Source of the DNA: Octopus sinensis
Lineage: Eukaryota
NCBI RefSeq assembly: GCF_006345805.1
Contig: NC_042999.1
Span: 52,514,001-52,578,000 of the forward strand
Reading direction: 5' to 3'
DNA: 64,000 nt
Translations under genes and position numbers: made by a program
Notes under the pieces: generated by a model
Seen by the model: only the letters and a program-made list of their open reading frames with translations
Database searches by the model: none
What the model was told of the DNA's origin: nothing
Shown: positions 57,166 to 64,000 of the stretch, piece by piece
Position numbering within the stretch: position 1 is the stretch's first letter
How the letters are laid out: the number at the start of each line of letters is the position of its first letter

Positions 57166-60100
57166 ATATATAGGAAATCCAAAAGAGGAGAAGAAAAACA
57201 AAAAAAAAAAAAACAACAACCTTAGGACGTGGTACATGTAAAGTATTAGCAGACGCTCAGGGACGAAAATACAGATGGTTTAACGTTTCGAACAACGCAC
57301 TTCTTCAGAAACATAGGAAAGTCCATTCGAAAGGCAGAAAATCACCAACGTTTCACATGTGGTTACATTTTGAAATCTGATTCAGTCATTTGACTGCGGC
57401 CATACTGGAGCACCGCTTTTAGTCGAGCAAATAGACCCCAGGAATTATTCTCTCTTGCCGAACCGCTAAGTGACGGGGACGTAAACACACCAGCATCGGT
57501 TGTCAAGCTATGTTGGGGGGGGCAAACACAGATACACAAACATATACATACACACACACACACACACACATATATACGACGGGTTTCTTTCAACTTCCGT
57601 CTACCAAATCCACTTACAAGGCTTTGGTCGGCCCGAGGCTATAATAAAAGACACTTGCTCAAGGTGCCACGCAGTGGGATTGAACCCGGAACCATGTGGT
57701 TGGTAGCAATCTACTTACCACACAGCCACTCCTGCGCCTATATATATAATATGATATAATATTATATAGATATAGGAAATACTTTTGGTGTAGCATTGTG
57801 TGGTAAACGTATAACTTTGAAGAGCTTGTTATGTAAGGCTGGAACAATGCAAGAATGTATTACGTTAACACAAAAGGAAAGGGAAACATAACAAATCCTT
57901 GTTGCAGTTTTACTTTGTGTTGCTATATTTCGGGTTGTGACCCATTTCTTTCGGACACTTGCAAAAGTGGTCGCTCGGATGTGTGTGTGTAAGTGTGTGT
58001 GTATGTTTGTGGCGCAGACTGGTAGGTATATACGATGTACGTTTATTCCCGCAATATATAGGCGCGTGAGTGAATGGAAACATATTCACATACATTCATT
58101 TTTTAAGTAAAAAGAATGATAAAAATTTGTTTAAAAAGATCCTCTTCGCCGGAACCGGTAGTGCATCAGCGATGACTTTTTTTTTGGGGGGGGGTCATAA
58201 TTTGTGAAAAGAAGGGAGGATATTCTTCTCTGAGGAGACACCTGACCTGGATGTCTGCAACACAAAAGGCCTGGAGGCTGTGGTATTGGCGATGGTGGTG
58301 ATGGTCTACTAACCATCCATTAATATTATATTATAAATATTAGGTTGTTTCACATGAAATGTCGTATCTGAAAGGTAACAATAAAATGTTTCAGAAGTGT
58401 TAGAGAACTGATTTATCTAGTCAAAATATGATTTATGTTCTCTATGACGTTTACCCAACGTTTTGTCTGTCATATATTCCATCTTAAAAAAGAATTCGTC
58501 TTTTGCTATGATAAACCGTCCGAATGCATCAATTATCTCTTCTCTATTTACGAATGTTTTATTGTGAGGTATATTTGCCATCTCAATATGGCTAACCACT
58601 AAGGGTGGGTGTTACTGTAGCTTGTAGCCCCAGGAGCACATCTCCTCCAGCTGGCTATAGGCACACTTTCTGTGCCCTATCGGTATTTGAGAAGGGAGGT
58701 CATCCTTCCCTCGTCAACCTAAGTGATACGCACGGACTGCAGTTTCTGGGTATTGACCGTCATCAGCGTACGACAATCACCGGTTTTCGATGAAAGGAGT
58801 TCCCAATGCAAATATTTATATCCTTTTTCCAGTAACTTTTCGTCACTGATCTTGAAAAAGTGTATACAAGCAATAATAAATCTCTGAACGAGCCCGTGCG
58901 TATCACTTAGGTTGACGAGGGAAGGATGACCTCCCTTTGCAAATACCGATAGGGCACAGAAAGTGTGCCTATATACAGCTGGAGGTGATGTTCTCTGAGG
59001 CTTCAAGCTACAGTAACACCCACCCTTAGTGGTTAGCCATATTGAGATGGCAAATATACCTCACATTGTCGTGCAGTTACTGTTTATACCTCGTTCAGAG
59101 ATTTATTATTGAGAATGTTTTATTGCTTATGAAAAGGTAAAAATGCTTAAAGAAGTGATGATCAATAGGAGAGATGACAGGGGAATATGAAGGATGTTGC
59201 AAAATCTCATAATTCAGGCTTTGCAACTTTTGGACTGTAGCTTGAGGAGTGTGAGGACATGCATAGTCGTGGAGCAAAACTGGGCCATCTCTATTCACTG
59301 GTCTGGGTTGCTTCTTTTTCAAATTCTCTTGCATACTATCAATTTCCTGGCAATACGATGTGGCTGTTACTGTATTTCCTTGTTGCAAAATGAATAGCGA
59401 ATAACTCCCTTTGCAGACCCCTATACAGTGACCACTAACATTTTAGGGTGCAATGGTGGGTTTGGGTGACTCTCCTGCATCTAACCACTGTCCTGTTCTC
59501 CCGCTGTTGTCAAAAAGTATCCATTTTTTATCACAAGTAATGATTTCATGTAAAAATAGTCTTTTTCCAGTCGAGAAAGCAATAAGGATCACACTTCGAG
59601 GCGTTTTTTTTTTTTAATCCTTTCAGTTGATGTGGAGCAAACCTATCCGTTTTCTTGACTTTTCCAGTTTCTTACAGGTGTCCAATAACAATTGTGTGCG
59701 ATGTTTGGAATTCTTATGAAGTTTTCGAACCTTTATTCTCGGATTTTGTTCACCCAAAACATTTAATCCATCATGCCGAATAACTGGTGTTGGCCTACCC
59801 CTTGGTTTATTTTCAAGGCTGAACCATCTCTGAACATTTCTGATGTCAACAAAACCATTAGCCGAGTGACCCAGTTTGTACCCATGCGAGAAAATCACAC
59901 AACATAGTTTGGTTGTTATCATTTTCATAAGGTCTGTGCGTATGAATTTTGTATTCCAATATTTTGGGGAAAGAAAAAGCGTGAAAATTAAATGCAAGGT
60001 ATACATAATAGAGTTTTTAAATGACTCGAATAACAAGTTATTAAAAATGCGACATTTCATGTGAAATATATGAGCAGATGTCTGTCATACAGGAACAAAG

Positions 60101-60375
60101 AGGCGCAAAGTAGGTAGAGGGTTAACAAACTAAACATCATAGCAGAGAAGGTGCGAGGGTGCAATAATGGGGTGTGAAGTAGACAAGGGTGGGGTGTGAC
60201 ACAGTAGCTGTGAAAGGAAGACAGCTATAACGAATTAGTAATTATGTTGTCATATTTTTTCACCCTTAAAGAATGCAGTTTCTGTTCAGCACTGTTCTGC
60301 CTGAAGCGACCTGAGCCATGTGTTTCTGTGTGTGTGTGGGTGTGTGTGTGTGAGAGAGAGAAAGATAGAAAGAGA

Positions 60376-60409
<34 letters not shown>

Positions 60410-60544
60410 AAGAAAGAAAGAAAGAGAGTGTTTGTGTGTGCATGTGTACTACAAATACATAAGCGTTGTGTATATATACATATAAGGTGCATATATAAGT
60501 GTTGTGTATAAATATATCATACCGAGGCTATTGCCGCTTGTGTT

Positions 60545-60582
<38 letters not shown>

Positions 60583-61338
60583 GTTTGCTGTGATAGTGTG
60601 GTGTCGTTGCAGTTGTGAACCGGTTATGCTGTTAGTAGTGTAATAGCAGAGTGGTAATGTTGTTGAGGTTGCTAGTGTTGCGCTTTCATGTGGGTAATGC
60701 TATTTTCGTAGAGGGGTCGTCAATGGTATATTCGTCGTAACCATGGTTCCGTTGCTAGCATCGTGGAAGAGCGTAGTGGAGTGGGGGACGTGTTTGATAG
60801 TTATGCTGGTAGTGGTGCTGGTGATGCTGCTGCTGCTGTTGCTGTTGTGCTGAGCGAAGCTGTCTTCGTCCCAGAGCTCGCAGTGGGAAGAAGTCCGATC
60901 GTGGTCCTTTGCTATTCGTAAGACCCGCAGAAGAGAAAGCAGGTCAACCCCCGACACCGAGACCATCGACGGATGGATGAATGCGCATCCAGGCTCAGCG
61001 GTTTGCGTAGGAAGTCGGGAACAAGAAACAGGAAGAAAGAGTGAGAGAAAGTTGGAGCGAAAGAGTGCAACAGGGGTCGCCACCACCCCCTGCGGAGCCT
61101 CGTGGAGCTTTAGGTGTTTTCGCTCAATAAACACACACAACGCCTCCGACGCGAGTCCGCTGCCCTAACCACTGGGCCATTGTGCCTCCTGCTGCTGCTG
61201 TCGATGAAGAGGGTGTAGTGTTGGTGTGGCTTTTGTTGGCGATAGGGTTGTTGGTTGATGTTGAGGATATATATATATATATATATATGTATAAGGTTGA
61301 AAAGGAACACACGAGTTATATATATGAAAAAACAAGTC
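51918..61338. repeat. Segment A' (duplicate of 4337-13784, including its SINEs, mariner and HHR insertions)
   Basis: Same ORFs recur in the track (e.g. 11532..11825 vs 59095..59388). Confidence 0.97.
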
Positions 61339-63482
61339 AAAAATAGAAAATGCTAAAATAATTTTATAGTGAACATTCAGTCCCGGTTTCGGTCATTTTG
61401 AGACCTTTTCAACTGTAACGATTAAATAATTAAATTTAGAAAAATTAGAAGAAAAGTTTTTTTTAAAGAATATTTCTATAGTAGTGTTCAGATTTAAGTG
61501 GCATTCTGCCTTTCTCTGACTCCCTTGTTTGCACTTGTGTGTTGGAGGTCGTTGTGAGTTCTTGGTAGGGTAGTAGAGGAAGAAAGCTGGTGAGGAAAGG
61601 GGGTGGGAGAATCTGGGAGTGCCCTGATGGTTGTATTTTGAATGGTCAGTGGCGGCTGGCAGTCTCAGTTCAATTCAGGAGAATATTTATATTGACAGGC
61701 TTGTTTATAGAATTTGCGTAGGTGTTATACTAAAAAACATTAGTGACAAAGTTAAGGGGTAGGAGGTGGAAAAGTAGAAGGAGAAGGAAAGAGAAGAAGA
61801 AGAAGAAGAAGAAGAAGAAGAAGAAGAAGAAGAAGAAGAAGAAGAGATGACGATGTTGATGATGATGATGATGAAGAAGAAGAAGAAGAAGGAGAAGGAG
61901 AGAGATGACGATGATGGTGATGGTGGTGATGATTATGACGACGATGATGATGATAATGATGATGATGAAGAAGAAGAGGAAGAAGAAGAAAAAAAACAGA
62001 GAAGGGAGAATATGAATGGGTAAAGTAGTGAGGTGTTGTATGACTTGAAGTTGGTATGTTATGGATTATAGCTGTGATTTTAGCTGTGATTAGTAATGGA
62101 TTCTTTGGAATGTAATATTTGTGTGTGAATATTTCTTTTATTCTAAAGTTGAGGTATATTAATTGTTTGTCGTAGACCCGTTAAGAAGTGGCCTGTATTT
62201 TGCAATAAAGAGAGTTTCTTTACTTATTCGTTGTCTCGAGGTTGTATCGTCCCTAAATTGGTAGAGGGGGAAAATCCTGAAGCTTGGTGTTTTTTTGTTG
62301 GCGCAAGTATCTATGTGTTGGCTAAAAGCTATTTTTCTGTTTTGGGGAATTTTTATCTGGGATCTGTGCAGGGCCATTCGTTTACGCAAACTATTTTTGT
62401 TTGGCCTATGTACTGCTCTTCACACTCGGAGCAGGTTAGTGAGTATATTAGGTTCTCCGAAGCACATGTGAAGTTGCTTTTCACTGTAAACCGTGTTGTC
62501 CCTGTTTGAAGGAGAACTCTGATCCCTCAATTAGATAGTCGCATATCCCGCAATTGGGTCTTCCACATTTTTTTACTGTCGGCTTCTGTGTTGAAGAGTG
62601 AATTCGGGCTTGTGTTAGGAGACTTTTCATGGATTTAGGCTGTCTCTTGCTTTTTATGATCGTGTGTTTTGGAGGATTGTGTTCATTCTGTGGTCTTTTT
62701 TTAGGAGGGGTATGTTGTGGAGGATGGTGCCGAAGGCTTCGTTATTGAGAGGGTTGTGTGTGGAGATGTATGGTAAGGCTTTTGGTTGTAAGTTTTTCTT
62801 TGATTTGGGATGTCTCAGTTCCTTGATGTTAAGTTGAAGGGCACGTTGAATGCATTGTCAATAAGTGAAGGTGGGGTTCCTGGTGATAAGGGTATCTTTT
62901 AGTTCTTGTAGTCGTGTGTCTCTGGTGTTTGCGTTCGAGACTATAGTGCATATCCTTTTTGCTAGGTTGAAGGGGATATTCATCCTGGTGTGTCTGGGGT
63001 GGCATGAATTGAATGGAAGATATTGCTTAGAGTCTGTAGGCTTATAATATATGTCTGTTTCTATTATATTATTAGCTTTTTTAATGGGGATATCGAGGAA
63101 GGGGAGTTGTTGCTGGCTATATTCCATCGTGAATTGGATGTTTACGTCCAGTCCGTTTAAAATTTCCTGGAATTCTATGAGTTTTTCTATATTTTTATGC
63201 CAAAGGATGAAACAGTCATCTAGATATATCTTCCAGTTGTTTTCTATGTAGATGGAGAAAGGGCTGCCATATCTTTCTAGAACCTTACGATACAGACTGA
63301 TCTCTAGATATCCTATGACTAGGTTGGCAAAGGAGGGGGCATTCGTGTAACCCATCGCAGTCCCCGATTTTTGTCGGTAGAAGTTGTCATTGAAGGCGAA
63401 GAAGTTATTTTCCAGGATGAATTTAACCCCTTCTATCACGAATTCTTTTTTGATGCGATGTGGTTTCGTTGGCGTGATTTTC
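61325..63482 (-). mobile_element. Neptune-type PLE, longer 5'-truncated copy (RT motifs B-C to GIY-YIG and 3' end)
   Basis: ORF 62858..63439: QKSGTAMG...APSFANLVIGYLE, WKIYLDDCFILW, LPFLDI; matches 19581-21415 up to 63169. HHR-like motif at 61378-61415. Confidence 0.95.
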
Positions 63483-64000
63483 TACAACACCTCACTACTT
63501 TAACCATTCATATTCTCCCTTCTCTGTTTTTTTCTTCTTCTTCCTCTTCTCTTCATCATCATATTATCATCATCATCGTCGTCATAATCATCACCACCAT
63601 CACCATCATCGTCATCTTCTCCTTCTCCTTCTTCTTCTTCTTCTTCTTCATCATCATCATCATCAACATCGTCATCTTCTTCTTCTTCTTCTTCTTCTTC
63701 TTCTTCTTCTTCTTCTTCTTCTTCTTCTCCTTCTACTTTTCCACCTCCTACCCATTAACTTTGTCACTAATGTTTTTTAGTATAACACCTACGCAAATTC
63801 TATAAACAAGCCTGTCAATATAAATATTCTCCTGAATTGAACTGAGACTGCCAGCCGCCACTGACCATTCAAAATACAACCATCAGGGCACTCCCAGATT
63901 CTCCCACCCCCTTTCCTCACCAGCTTTCTTCCTCTACTACCCTACCAAGAACTCACAACGACCTCCAACACACAAGTGCAAACAAGGGAGTCAGAGAAAG
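63483..64000 (+). mobile_element. Inverted copy of the PLE 3' terminal region (inverted pLTR), runs off the window
   Basis: Reverse complement of ~19760-20281 (and ~61520-62040), including the (TTC)/(TCA) tract. Confidence 0.95.

Overview
AT-rich, microsatellite-dense eukaryotic genomic DNA. The tRNA-derived SINE families look like those of octopus/coleoid cephalopods (recognised from memory, not searched). No intact protein-coding gene is evident; nearly all listed ORFs are simple-repeat or TE noise. A 100-N gap (51818-51917) splits the window. The part after the gap repeats 4337-13784 almost exactly and then runs straight into a 5'-truncated Neptune-type Penelope-like element (PLE; RT + Cys-rich linker + GIY-YIG) with an inverted terminal repeat. 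Before the gap, the same PLE sits in the spacer of a ~4.9-kb inverted duplication (13785-18691 / 21574-26508). Other TEs: decayed mariner and DD37D transposons, a CR1-type LINE, RTE and HERO-like fragments, many SINEs, a 1953-bp fold-back DNA element (GG..CC ends, 8-bp TSD, ~630-bp modular TIRs; Merlin-like), and three copies of a ~555-bp element bounded by (ATT)n. The most striking signal is a set of minimal type I hammerhead ribozyme (HHR) motifs from about five unrelated repeat families. These include two small TSD-flanked 'inverted arm + tail' retro-insertions; in one of them the inverted arm ends at the predicted GUC cleavage site. There is also a tandem pair 339 nt apart with a U3-A8 core variant. 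Possible host-gene 5' exons (32.4-32.9 kb, +) and an NRF1/ETS/YY1-like promoter (18.0-18.3 kb, duplicated) are low-confidence calls.
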